Assembly (NCBI GenBank): GCA_000165425.1 | Contig: CT868174.1 | Location: 186,001-250,000, forward strand | Source of the DNA: Paramecium tetraurelia | Lineage: Eukaryota | DNA: 64,000 nucleotides | Reading direction: 5' to 3' | Shown: in pieces, positions 38,701 to 51,900 of the stretch | Layout of the letters: each line of letters begins with the position of its first letter | How positions within the stretch are numbered: the first letter of the stretch is position 1 | Made by a program: the position numbers and the translations under genes | Notes under the pieces: generated by a model | Seen by the model: only the letters and a program-made list of their open reading frames with translations | What the model was told of the DNA's origin: nothing | Database searches by the model: none

Positions 38701-41700
38701 CAACCATCCTATGCTACTAAATTCTGATCATCACATTACTCCTTTCCAATAACAATGCCATCATCACTAATTTCATAACATTTATTAGAATATAAATAAT
38801 AGCCAATAACACAATTTTAACATAATCCTTTGTAACAGGTCAAACATGTCTCTTGACATTAATATTAGGAGAGATAGCATCCATCATATAACATCTAATT
38901 ATAATCATCGCATTATTCAGAACCAACAATTAATGAATCTCCACTTGTTGGATAACAATATTTTTCTAAGGAATTTAAAGTCCATCCTTTATTGCATTTC
39001 AAACAAAATCCTTGATAGCAAGTTTTGCAAGATTCTTAACATTAATATTTACATTAATAACAATTTTCATCCAGTAAATCATCGCATTCCTCATAATCTT
39101 TGACTTTAATGCCATCTCCACAAATTGTTTCGCATCTCATCTCCAATGGATTATACATCCATCCAGTTGTATTGCATTCTAAGCATCCTTCTTTTTAACA
39201 GTCAGAACATGAATCTTAACAACTTAACTAGCATTTAAAACAACCATCATATTTAATGATATTTCCATCATCGCATATTTCACTACTAACTACCAGTCCA
39301 TCTCCACATGTTGGAATACAAACATTAGTCTTTGAGATTAAAGTATAACCAGAATCGCAATATAAACATTTACCTTTTTAGCATTATGAACAATTCAGTA
39401 TGCATGAATATTCACATTTATCACAACCATCATTTGGATTCTCATTATTATCATCACATGATTCTACTTCAAGAGTAACTATTCCATCATCGCATTTTGG
39501 TTAACAAATGTTATCTTCTAAATACCATCCATTTTATTCATCGCATTTTGTACATACACCGAAGGTACAAGTAACACAATGGTTAAGACATTAAAATTTA
39601 CAATTAAAGCATCCATCATAAGGTGTCAAATTATTATCCTCACATTCTTCATCTTATACAATAATATTATCTTAACATATGCTAACACAATTGTTTTCTG
39701 TTAGTTAGTATCCAGATTTACAATCTTCACAAATACCTTTTACACATATACTACACCCAAAATCACAACTAAACTAACAATTATAACATCCATCAAAAGG
39801 ATTATAATTTCCATCATCACAATCCTCTCCATCTACAACCAATTTATCTCCACATATTGGAAGACAAGGCAAATTAACTCCATCATCATAAAAGCCAGGT
39901 TAACATAGACATTAATTAAAAGAGATTGATCTATGAAAATCTGAAACACATGTTATGCAATTAGTTTATCCTGCTCCATTACAATTTTCGCAGTACTTAT
40001 TACATTAAGTACATTAGGTACCTGAAAGATATAAAAATGGATAACATTAGCAGATACCATTTACCAAGTAAAATTGATTTGTAGCTGTATAAGTACAAGA
40101 TGTGCAATCTTCTAAACTTTTGCATGTTAAACATCCAGTTTAACTACATGTTACACAACTATAGATCTATGTACTTGAATCAAAAGACAGAAATTGATTA
40201 GATAAGCAAGAGGAACTAGTATGTCCCGAATCCCAAGTAGTACAAGCAGTTGCACTAGTACAAGCTGAACAAAATGGAGGGCACTAATATTTAAGAAATC
40301 AATTTACATAATGAACAACAATAAAATACTCTGATATAGCACAAAATTCTTCTCTAAAATCTGCATTTCCTCCCGTGCATTATAATTCTAAATCCAATGA
40401 AGGATCTGTAAAAGGATTTTTATAAATTTCAAAATATCTAACTCTTTCTTCTTTATTTTTACCAATTAAATTGTATCCACTGCCAGGCTTTGTAAAGGCA
40501 GCACTAGTGGTCGTTCCAATTTTATAATAAAAGTTTCCTGAATATTCATCTCCATATGTTAGATTAAATCTTATAGTGATTGCATAGTGAGGTTTAGAGA
40601 TGGGCCATGAATTGTGATATTTTGCATCTCTCCATACCATTACTCCTCCCAATACAAATTTATTCGGAAAGAATGAAAACTTTTAACCTGTCTTCTGGTT
40701 ATTGCCAGTAGTTGTGACTGTATCATAAAAAGATTCAACATCACTAATTGTCATATTTAAATCGTAAAAACCTTTTGCTAAGTATCTTGAATCTAAATTA
40801 AATATTATATATACATGATATCATATCTGCATAATCAACGCAATTTGAAGAATATGCTGGACAACTACTGACACATCCATTTTAAAACTTAGTATACCCA
40901 GATTCACATTAAGAACATGTAGCAAAGTCTGAACAAATTTTACAGTTTTCTTAGCATAGACCAACATCAATAGTGACATTTCTAAATCCCCATGATTCAC
41001 TAGATTATTATAGTTTTCCTTAAAAAATTAATTATGGGCTATCTGAATAAGTCCTGAAAATAGCTTCAATTCTTATTAATGTATAGGATTTAGAATCACA
41101 GGAATCGGAATCAGTAAAAATTTTGGTTATTTGATTATAAGAATAAGATGATGAGGTTTTCAATAATTCACCTTATTAGATATTATCTACAAAAAATTAA
41201 ATTTTGCTGTTGGTTTAAAAACTAAAACAATAAAAAGTTACTCTTAATCTTATAAACTTAATAGCATTTATTTTACCTAAGGATAACTGCATACCTTCAT
41301 TAAAGAATAATTCTCCAACAAAATCATCGCTGTCACAATCATCATAAACTAAGTCAGTATTTTAATAGTGAAAAATATCTGGTATAAAGACGAAAGGCTG
41401 ATATCTAGGATTATCTGAGGATGATATCGAACTGGAATCAAAGTACTTTACACTAGATTTAATCCTTCTATCAGGAACACAAATACTATCTGATCTTGCT
41501 ATATAATAGTCTCTTTCACATTCTTAACGACATCCCACTGCTGTTTGCGCAAATTAATGAGAAGGATCACATCCACAAGAACCTGATGATACAGAACCAT
41601 AATAACATGAGGAACAGGTAGTAGAAGTTGAGCAAGTTTTACAAGTTGGATAGCAAATATTAACATAAACTAATATGTTTCTAAGAAAAATAGTATCTTC

Positions 41701-42213
41701 ATCCTTTTCTGGATTTAAACAAAATTTAATAGAAAACTTATTAGCAGCATTGGTAATTGTTGTACTTACAACTGTATATAAATCAAATTCATAATCCCCA
41801 CCTCCTGTGCATATTCTGTTAGCTAATTAATTTAGGTCCGATGCTTTATATTATTTTGTATATAAATTTATTGTGGAGGATGAGGAGTCTTCTCTGTAGG
41901 TAACATAAAAATCAGAATCCTTTGAAGAATCTGCATGATTGAAGTAAGCATCAAAAATTACATAAACTTAAAAACTCTGTTAACTAAATGTTTTTTCAAT
42001 TCTTTCTCTGTCTTTTTTTAATTTATTGTATTATAAGGGATTAGAAGAGCATTAGTCCTATTAAAAATCTTCACTACAATTATTATTGCAAGAGCAATCC
42101 TATCTTGTTTTCCAATTATTGCTTGAGACAGATGTATCATAAAAACTTGAATCAATTTGAATCCATTCTCCTTTAAGCATATAGGGTAAAAATGATAACA
42201 AAATAAAAAACAT
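35760..42213 (-). CDS. Giant Cys-rich surface membrane protein (signal peptide, furin-like and ~14 CGDG/CDDGN repeats, multi-TM C-terminus)
   Basis: MFFILLSFLPYMLKGEWIQID signal; repeated CGDG..E.CDD.N....DGC units; TM region IFWNLMDQLQYLSYIKYINIQFPNNL and several further helices. Introns 40793-40814 and 40284-40307. Confidence 0.88.
37380..39870 (-). repeat. Tandem array of ~14 cysteine-rich repeats (~183 nt, ~61 aa each; Myxococcus Cys-rich repeat type)
   Basis: ccatctccaca / catcatcaca / catccatca motifs recur roughly every 180-186 nt on the + strand, encoding CGDG..CDD..DGC on the - strand. Confidence 0.85.
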
Positions 42214-43779
42214 AAAATATAATTATTAATGTCGTCATGTCCTGGATATAAATTAAAGAATTTTTAGAAGATTTAATACTATCTTTGTAAAGAATAAAGG
42301 GAAACTAATCTTCAATCATGCAGATAATTTTATCTGGTACCTAATTTGATCTAAAAATAGTACTCAATGAATTTGCTCTCATTTAACACTGTCATAATCT
42401 TAATCAATATATTTCATCAAATATATCATAATTTTTGCATATAACTCAAAAAAATTATTCATTATGTATTCCAAATTTAATAACTTAGAGCATATTTATT
42501 GAAAAAAAATAATTCCTATTTTATTTTCCGTTATATTAATATCTTCTTTATGCATATCCTTAGACTCATTCCTTTTCTATTCAAATGAAAATCTCATCAA
42601 TTTTTAATGCATCTATAAATTTTGAATTATGATTAAAACTGAGAATATTCAAAATCAAATATCTAAAACATATGTTTTATGCTTATAAATGCAATTAATC
42701 TTCTTGTCTTACTCATATAAGAGATTGGTATGAGTATTGTTTCAATTATTTTAGAATTAATTAATTTATAATATATCTTTATTTTCTTAAAGATTATTCA
42801 ATATTTATAATGATTAGAATTAAATATTTTTCTTCTTTAAATGTATATATGTAATTACTCGATTATATTTATAACAAGATATTGAAGAATCGGAGCACTA
42901 ATATACTTGAGGATATTATTAAGCCTATTATAAACGAGAGATAAAAAATAATTCTGTTTCATAGCATGTAGCTATATCATGGCTTCAATATTTAAATGTA
43001 TCAATTATGTTAATTAAGAGATTTTTAAGCAAAAACCATTTATAATTAAATTTTAGTATATTAATTTTCGATGCTCCATATTAATTATAATAGATAAAGG
43101 AAAATTTAAAGAGCCAAAAAAATTTTGATTACTTATTACAGATTCCCAATGTAATCTATATTTTTCAAAGCTTTAGAAAAAAAATACATTTAAAAAATTA
43201 TGATTGCTCTTCTATGAATCTTATTTATTATTTTTATATTCCATTAATTGCTAACAGGTTAAATAATCTTAATTATGTTGAAACCTCTCTAAACCTAATT
43301 TAAATTAATTATTTATTACTACTACATTCATATACTTCTATTTAGTACAAATTTATGCAAAAATTTAATCAATTTTTTTCTTTGAAAACATTAGAAGTTT
43401 ATAATTTTCTATATTTTTTAACCAATTCATTTTGTGAATAATTTAATTTTTCTTTTAAGAATTTCCTTCTGTTAAAAGTTTATCATAAAATTAATGATAG
43501 TTATTTCAATTGTATTTTAATAAACATCAATTTTCCGAATCATTTCCTTATATATAAATAGAAGAACAATTTAATATAAAGTTGGCTTGTACTTCTAAAT
43601 CATGAATTAAAGAGTAATTAAGTAATGAAATCTCTGAAATATTGAATATCTTTGTTTAAAAATACGAAATTTTGAGCTGAAGATAACTATACAGAACTTT
43701 ATGCTTTTAGAAACATTAATATAATTTATAAGATATTCAGCATAATAATATTTATATTGAAACATTTGATTTCTCCAAA

Positions 43780-46700
43780 ATGACAGATCCTAAAATTATA
43801 TAATTAGAATTATAGACACCACATATTCTGAGTAGCTAAGATCACAGAGAAACGCAAAATTTATTTGGTATATAATAAAATAAGAATAGAATATGAGTAT
43901 GATAATGTAGAGGCAAAAGGAAATTACGCTCAAAAATATTAATCGAAGAACAGAAAAATTACTTCTAACAGACCAGACTTTTAGTTGCCTGATAACAGCA
44001 TTCAAACATCTAAGTACACTTTGTTGAATTTTTTCCCAAAATAATTATTCGAGTAATTCTCTAAATTAGCCAATGTTTATTTTGTGGTAAGTAATTAAGG
44101 TTATCTTTTAGTTAATGGGAGCCCTTTAGATGGTTCCGGAGGTTTCAATCAGTTCTGGAATACCAACAATATATTTACCATTAGGCTTTATAATTTTAGT
44201 GAGTGGAGCCAAGGATTTCTATGAAGATTACAAGAGACGAAAATCTGACATCGAAGAAAATAACCAACAAGTGACTGCATTCGATGGAACTACATTCGTC
44301 AAAATGCCTTCGTTTAATTTAAGAGTAGGTCACATTGTGAAGGTTCATTAAGATGAGATAATACCAGCGGATATGCTTCTCCTGAGATCAAATGAAAGTA
44401 AAGGAATTTGTTATGTTGAAACAAAATCATTAGATGGGGAAACCAATCTGAAATAAAAAAATGTGCATGCTGATTTAATCTAAACATTTAAATCCGATGA
44501 TTGTTTTGGTTAATTGGACAAGAGAATAGTCCTTAAATACTAGGCTCCTACTCCATACTTATATAAGTTCATGGGTGAAACTACGTCATCTAATCATCAG
44601 GTTTCATCAATAAATTTTAACAATTTCTTATTAAGAGGATGCAATTTGAGAAATGTGAAATATATATTTGGATTAGTAGCTTATACTGGACATGATACAA
44701 AGATTATGATGAATTCTTTCAAGGCAAGAACAAAGAAAAGCAAATTGGAGGTATTGATGCAAAAATTCATTCTTATGATCTTCATCATACAATTTATAAT
44801 GTGTATAATAGCATCCCTTGTCTATTCAATCTATTATTATAACAATAGGATGACACTAACTTACTTATATATAGATGTTAATACATCAGAATATACTATC
44901 CCATATAACTTTTTTGTTAGATTTGGAAATTGGATGCTGATCTTCAATAATTTTGTACCCATCTCTCTGTTGGTTACTCTAGAAATGGTTAAATTCATAT
45001 AAGGTAAGATTATGAGTTTGGATGAGAAATTAAATTAACCAAGAGTCTAGACATCTAATTTAAATGAAGAACTTGGGCAGATTGAACATATTTTTAGTGA
45101 TAAAACAGGAACTTTAACATGTAATATAATGGAATTTAAACAAATTATAATGTAAGAATTTAATTTCAATATAGAGGTAATCAAAATTATGGAGATGTTT
45201 TAAAAGTTTCAGAGGATTATATAACAGATGATGAATTATAGAATTTTCCTTAAGTAAGTAATGTGGATTTTAGAGATAAAACGCTAATTGAAGCTATTCA
45301 AGATAAGAACCATATTATGCATGATAAAGTAATAGAATGTTTAATGATGATAACAATTTGTCATACTGTTATATCTGAATAAAGAGATGGTAAATTAGTT
45401 TATAATGCCACATCTCCAGATGAGTTAGCTTTACTAAATTTTGCTAGATTTGTTGGATTCGAATTTATAGGCACTGATGAAAACAATATAAAAAGAGTCA
45501 ATTTTTAGGATTAAACAATCGAATATTAATTGCTTGAAATATTTGAATTTACATCATAGAGGAAGAGATAATCAATATTAGTATAGGTAATAAAGACTGG
45601 AGACATTTATTTATTTTCAAAAGGAGCTGACTCAATTCTGTTGGATTAAGTGAGGTTATCTAATGAAGAGTTGAATAAAAATGAATACCATAAATTGGTA
45701 TAAAGACTTGAAGAGTATGGAAAAATAGGTTTAAGAACTTTGGTATTGTCAAAGAGAAAATTAGAGAAGGGGGAGTATTAGGAATGGCGTAAGCGTTATT
45801 AATAAGCGACTCAACTTCTCGAAAATAGGGAGGAAAAGATGTAAATCTTATAGGACGAATTAGAGAAAAATTACGAAATTTTAGGTGCCACTGCCATTGA
45901 AGATAAATTATAATAGGATGTAGCTGATACAATAGCTGCAATTAAAGCAGCAGGTATTAAAGTATGGGTTTTGACAGGAGATAAAATTGAAACTGCCATT
46001 AATATAGGTTATTCGTGTTCTTTATTAACTGATCAATTAACATAACATATCGTCGATGAAAAAGAAGAAGCATTGATCAAAGAAAGATTAGATGATATAT
46101 TAAATAAGATTGGATCTTAAAATTTAAACTAAAGGTAGGCTTTGATTATATCTGGAGATGCTCTATTGCATGCATTAAAACCAGATATTCAAAAAAAGGT
46201 TTCTGAAATTGGGAAATGTTGCGAAGTGGTGTTATGTTGCCGTGTTAGTCCAAAGCAGAAATAAGATGTTGTTACATTAATAAGAAATCAAAATCAATCT
46301 TGTTCAACTTTAGCTATTGGAGATGGTGCTAATGATGTAAATATGATAACAGCTGCTCATGTAGGCGTCGGCATAAGGGGAGTTGAAGGATAATAAGCAG
46401 CAAGAGCAGCTGATTATAGTGTATAGGAATTCAGAGAATTAAGAAGGTTGTTATTTTATCATGGTAGAGAATGCTATCGTAGGAATAGTGTGTTGGTTTG
46501 TTATACATTTTATAAAAATATTTTGGTTGTTTTGCCTCAATTTTGGTATGGAATTCTATCAATGTATTCTGCTTAGTCTCTTTATGACACTTTCATTTAT
46601 CAATTGTTTAATATTTTGTATGGAGCTCTCCCTATTATGATTTATGGGATATTCGACGAAGAATACGATGCTGATTAATTGACTGACAATAAAATTTAAA

Positions 46701-47397
46701 ACTATTATCAATAAGGTCCTAAGGAACTCTTGTTTAACATTTAAATTGTATTGTTTTGGATATTTTGTGGATTTTGGCAAACTGCAATTGTTTGCTTCTT
46801 TCCGACATACTCAATATCTGAAACTTTTGTAGAGGATAATGGATTCACTCATCATCTTTGGGCATAAGGAACGATGATATTTGGCCTTGTTGTTGTTACC
46901 TGTAATCTTAAAATACTGATATTCTCTAATACATACACTCCTGCCTTATTAGTATTTTACATATATCATTTATTAGGGAAGTATCGCTTTTAGTATGATA
47001 TCATATCTAATCTCGTGGATCATTTTAGATAATTTACCATCAGCTGAAGCCTATGTCGTATTTGAATCGTATTTAATTAATTAAATATTTAGCCTATTCC
47101 AAACTCCATACTTTCATCTTGGAAACATATTGGTAAATTGCTGCTATTTCTAGTATTGACATAGCATTAAACATTAAATTAAACAGAGTGTTATTGAGAG
47201 TCAATAAGAATATGTCTGTAAGATTGCCATATCCACAAACTAATGTTTAAACATAACAATTAAAGCCATCTGGATAAGTTGCCGTTTAAAAGCATACAGG
47301 ATTCGCTTTCAATTGTTTGGATAGAGATGAATTAGAAAATCAAGACAAAATAGATTTATATGGAATTGAGAATTAAGTGGAATCATAAAATGGATGA
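43780..47397 (+). CDS. P4-type phospholipid-translocating ATPase (flippase); apparent +1 frameshift near 47135
   Basis: [109 protein letters not shown]-terminal HTGFAF. Several 22-25-nt introns. Confidence 0.93.
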
Positions 47398-47431
47398 AAG
47401 TTTTGTTTTTATTGTGATTTATATTATTGAA

Positions 47432-48860
47432 TCAAACATTAATGAATGCTCTGAAATCTAAACCGTTTCCTCTGTATAAGTATGGTGCAATAAATGAATT
47501 ATCAGCTACCTTGACATGATATCCGAAATCTGTTGGAGTGCCAAGCACTAATGAATTTGCAAATTAAGTATCTTGGGCAAGCCTTAAAGAAGGGTAATCA
47601 TAACTACTTACTTGATTTAACTTGATTAAACATTTTCTATTCTACTGATGATACGATTCTATTCAAAAACAACCTCATAAGTGTTGTCTGTGTTTTTGAG
47701 TACTTGTCTAACAAATGGAATAGCTCTTTTAGCCTAAATTTATTTACAATTCTTTTTACTTATCCTTGTTTAGCCAAATAGAAGAAAGCTGCTGCTACTA
47801 CTGGAACTGCCAAGAATTGTGGAGTAATAGGCATCACCTCTGTAGAATAAATAGAGGAAGTAACCAGCAAATACTCCTGCCAAAATTTAATATCTTAAAA
47901 CGTGATGTTCTTATGCCTACGATTCATAAACCAATTTTTATCCTTTTTCATTGAATCTATTTTGTGCAAACCCTGATTAATATTCTTTCTCATATAATTC
48001 TTATAAGAATAATTTGTAATCATGTCCATCGACATTTCTAGCATATTCTTGATCCTCGGCTGAGAATTTTTTTGTTGCTTTATCCACTGTTTGAATGAAT
48101 AGTTGTTTCTCTTAAGTTTTTTAATCTAATTTTTAAGCCACCTAAATTTCTGTTCCTTATAGAGCGTCGATGAATGACTTAATCAAACCGACATATCTAA
48201 ATTAGAAGACATATCAAACCTTCCTTAATTGAATTAGTAATTTTAGAAGATCTATTCAAGGGATTATGATAATTAGGCTGCTAATTAGGGATCCTTCACT
48301 TCTGCTTAAATTTATTTGATTGCTTTTGTAGTTCTTTCTCTGTAAGTTGATTCCAATTATTCAACGTAGCCTCTAAAATATAATATAATCTCTACGGTGA
48401 GACTAAATTATCATAATGAATTCCTTCTAAGTAAATGATAAACAATTCTTAGGCAGCTTATTTTCTTGCATCATTTGTGAGTTTTGCTATTTCTGGAATT
48501 TTAAATTCTAAAGATTGTGCAAATTGAGCTAATGATTCTTGACTTTGTTATGATTGTCTGAACAATAATTTCTAACTTTTCAACGTGTGTCTATGGATAT
48601 TCAAAAAGAGATTTTACTTTATAATCATTAGGATTTGGGAAATTTTAGGGTCTGAGCAATTAGCTTAATTAAAATATTCCTGATAAAGTTGCCAATTAAG
48701 GAACTGACAATCCGTATTTATTTGACACTTATTGGAATTAAGTTATTTAGGCCTATTAAGCTGATGGATTTGCAGCCTCTCTTAAACATACGTACTCTCT
48801 TAAGTATCGTAAACGAGTAGGATTGTATTTATTAGAGATTCCAAATACCCTTCTGAACAT
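47432..48860 (-). CDS. Hypothetical protein with probable mitochondrial presequence
   Basis: MFRRVFGISNKYNPTRLRYLREY... long table-6 frame ending YRGNGLDFRAFINV-TGA; small intron(s). Separate from the upstream channel gene, whose stop is at 48922. Confidence 0.65.
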
Positions 48861-48921
48861 GTTCAAGATATTTAATTTAATAAATAATTGGATATTTAAG
48901 TTGGCAAAATTTATATATTAA

Positions 48922-51900
48922 TCATTTATTACTAGAACTGTTTCCATTGCTTTGATTCATAATTGAAGGGTTATCTTAAGAAACATTAGGGTTTTAATTA
49001 GCAGGTGATTGGTTGGTTTAAATAGACTTCTTACTTAATCCCAATCCTTAAATCATATCATTTGGCTTCAGAGTCAGTCTTTTTGGTTACTTATTGATTT
49101 GACTAGTTCGAGAATTGCTACTTCTCGTGGCTCCACCACCCTGATGTTAATTACTTGCACTTTTATCATCCTATATGTTTCCATTTGACCCATTTGGATT
49201 AATGAGATGCTTCTTAAAGTCCTTAGTATACTATTACATAACTGAATTGATTAATATAAATAAATACCATCCTCATCAGGTTCTTCCTCCTCTTCCTTGG
49301 AACTTCTATCTGAATCATTCACCACTGGGGTTTCTTAATTTATATATATTTCTTCTTTGTAGATCTCAGTATTAGGTAGAGTAAGATACTTGGTTTTACC
49401 GTAATCTGGTCTCTTTGGATGCTCTGTGTCTTTTGATACTCTTGAGAGTATTTCGATTTTATTATCAAAAGATGAATCAGAACTAAAACCTTCACTATAA
49501 TGCTCCTACTCCTATTCCAATAATAATTGAGCTTGCAACTCTTTTTGTTACTTCTTCTTTTCTCCATACCTCTTTAATGTTTTAAAAGCCATATGAACAA
49601 ACAAAAAGTGTACAATGGGGTTGACTAAATTCACCTCCTTAGATTGAACACCAACCTGTTTCTTTTTCAATCTTTTTTATGTTTCGTCTTCCTTTTATAG
49701 AATCTTCTCAGCTCCTTCAGGACTTAAATTCAATTACACTTTCTTCCACATATAAGATTTCATAACAGAAAATAATATCTAATGATATTTGACCTACCCT
49801 GCAACATCAGCATAGACATTCATTTTCATAATTTAAGTAGAAACAGCTCTTTTGGCCTAAGCTTTGAGAATCAGAGTTTGCTTTAGGACATTCTCCTTTG
49901 TGTCTAATTGAGGATTGATTCTTCTCCATTCACTAATCTCATCATTTAATTTCTATTTCAAATCATAACCAATAGGTTTTTCCATATCGAGTAATAATGG
50001 TACTAGTAATTGTTGACTCATCTTCATTCCTTTGTCTTCCTTAGCAAATTTGGACCAAGATTCAATGAACATATTTTCATACTCTTAAAATTTATTAAGG
50101 GGATTATCACTGTTGAAATAATTGATTTCGTATTGATCCAAAATAATCAAAATGAACAAATTAAGCATAATGTATTATTGGATCACAATAAAAATAATGA
50201 AGAATATACAATAATATCCTTAGCCATCTTACATAGTGATATCAAACATGACTTTGTACCAATCTTCTCCAGTTGAACATCTGAATAAGAGTTCAAAGGA
50301 ATGGTGGAAGTCTGAAAAGTTATTCACATCGTCTATTGCCCATCCACTTCTGATGGATCCAAAGAGAAACACACCTAGAATAGAGAAGATGAAGAAAACG
50401 AGAAATAATAGAGCTGTCACATTCAACATAGCAGGTAATGAGTAAATTGCTGTTTCTATAAGTTTCTGCAATCCTTCAAATGATTTGATCAATCTAAATA
50501 ATCTTGTTACTCTAAGTACTCTGAATACTCTAGCCAATTGTGGTCCTGCACTCAAAAATGAGATAAATGAATTTCCAGTGAATTACAGTACCAAATCCAA
50601 AATAGATGCACATACCACAAAAAAATCAAATTGATTCCATGAATTCCTCATGTATCCTACTGGTCCCAATGCAATAATCTTTAGGAGTGCTTCAGTGATA
50701 AATACAAAAGTAAATGCAGTATTAAGAGATTGCAATGCATTATCATAAGCGATTGGAGAATCATCTTGGGATAATCCCATAGTTACGATATTGCATACTA
50801 TAATCATCAAAATCGTTGGATCAAAATAACGATGCTTAATAATAATGAACACTTTAGCTCTAAAAGGGTTTTCAGGACTGAAAAACATAGCTAAGTTGGG
50901 ATTAGCATGAACAATAAGCTTTTACAATTCAATCCAATCTACTTGTGGTTGAGTTAGTATCTTATCTCTTGAAGCTTCTTCTGCTAAATGGTAATTGACC
51001 AATATAACACCAATAAATAGATTCATCAGTAAAATGGAACCAATCAAAATAAATACAATGAAATACCAAGAAAATTGTAATTAAGCTCCCTTGATTGGTC
51101 CTGATTCATCGGCATCAATAAACCAATACATTTAATCTGGCCAACCTTCCAATGTCGATAATATGAATAAAGTCAACATGCCATTCAAAATGTTATCAAA
51201 GTTAACTTTTCGATTTGCCCAAACTCCACCATGTTTTGCACATTCATCTGGTCCATAATGATACCATATTTCGTCATCTCCAGTATCACAATAATGCATT
51301 TTGTTTTTCTCTAAATTTATACCAAGAATGGCAAACATCATCCAAACCAAAATCACAACTATGGCCACATTGAATATACCATTAATCGATTGTAATAATG
51401 CAGATACTAAAATTTTCATTGATCTATTATGAGTAATAAACCTTAATGGTCTTAATGTTCTAAGCAATCTCAAGATCTTCACAAAACTCAGATTGATTGT
51501 TGAAACACTTACATCTATAAATGATGCTATAACAATGAAGAAATCTAAAATGTTCCATGATTCCCTCAAATATGAACTCTCTTACTATACAAATCCAAAA
51601 GCAATTATTTTCATAATCATTTCAACTCCAAAAAACACAGCAAAAAAGATATCAATCTGTAATGATGTTTCTTTTAATTTTCCAGTGTCAGGAATGTAAG
51701 TATCAAAAACTAGTTTGGTTGAAGTGAGAAATATCATAAAGAAAATAAGTGTTTCAAATTTGTCATCCTTAACTATTCTATAACATATTCTTCGAACTAT
51801 GTTTTCTTGCGAGAATAAATATAATGAGAACTAACAAAGTCCTGGCTCAACAAAGTATTAGAATATTTATTAAAACTATTTATGTTTCTTTGACTCAGGA

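Noticed and set aside
37380..39870. Regular repeat array as possible CRISPR or satellite
   Set aside because: Degenerate, codon-phased repeats encoding Cys-rich protein units inside a CDS; no identical direct repeats with unique spacers.
47432..48921. Extension of the Cav channel C-terminus down to 47432
   Set aside because: The channel frame ends at TGA 48922-48924, followed by an AT-rich spacer and a new ATG at 48860.
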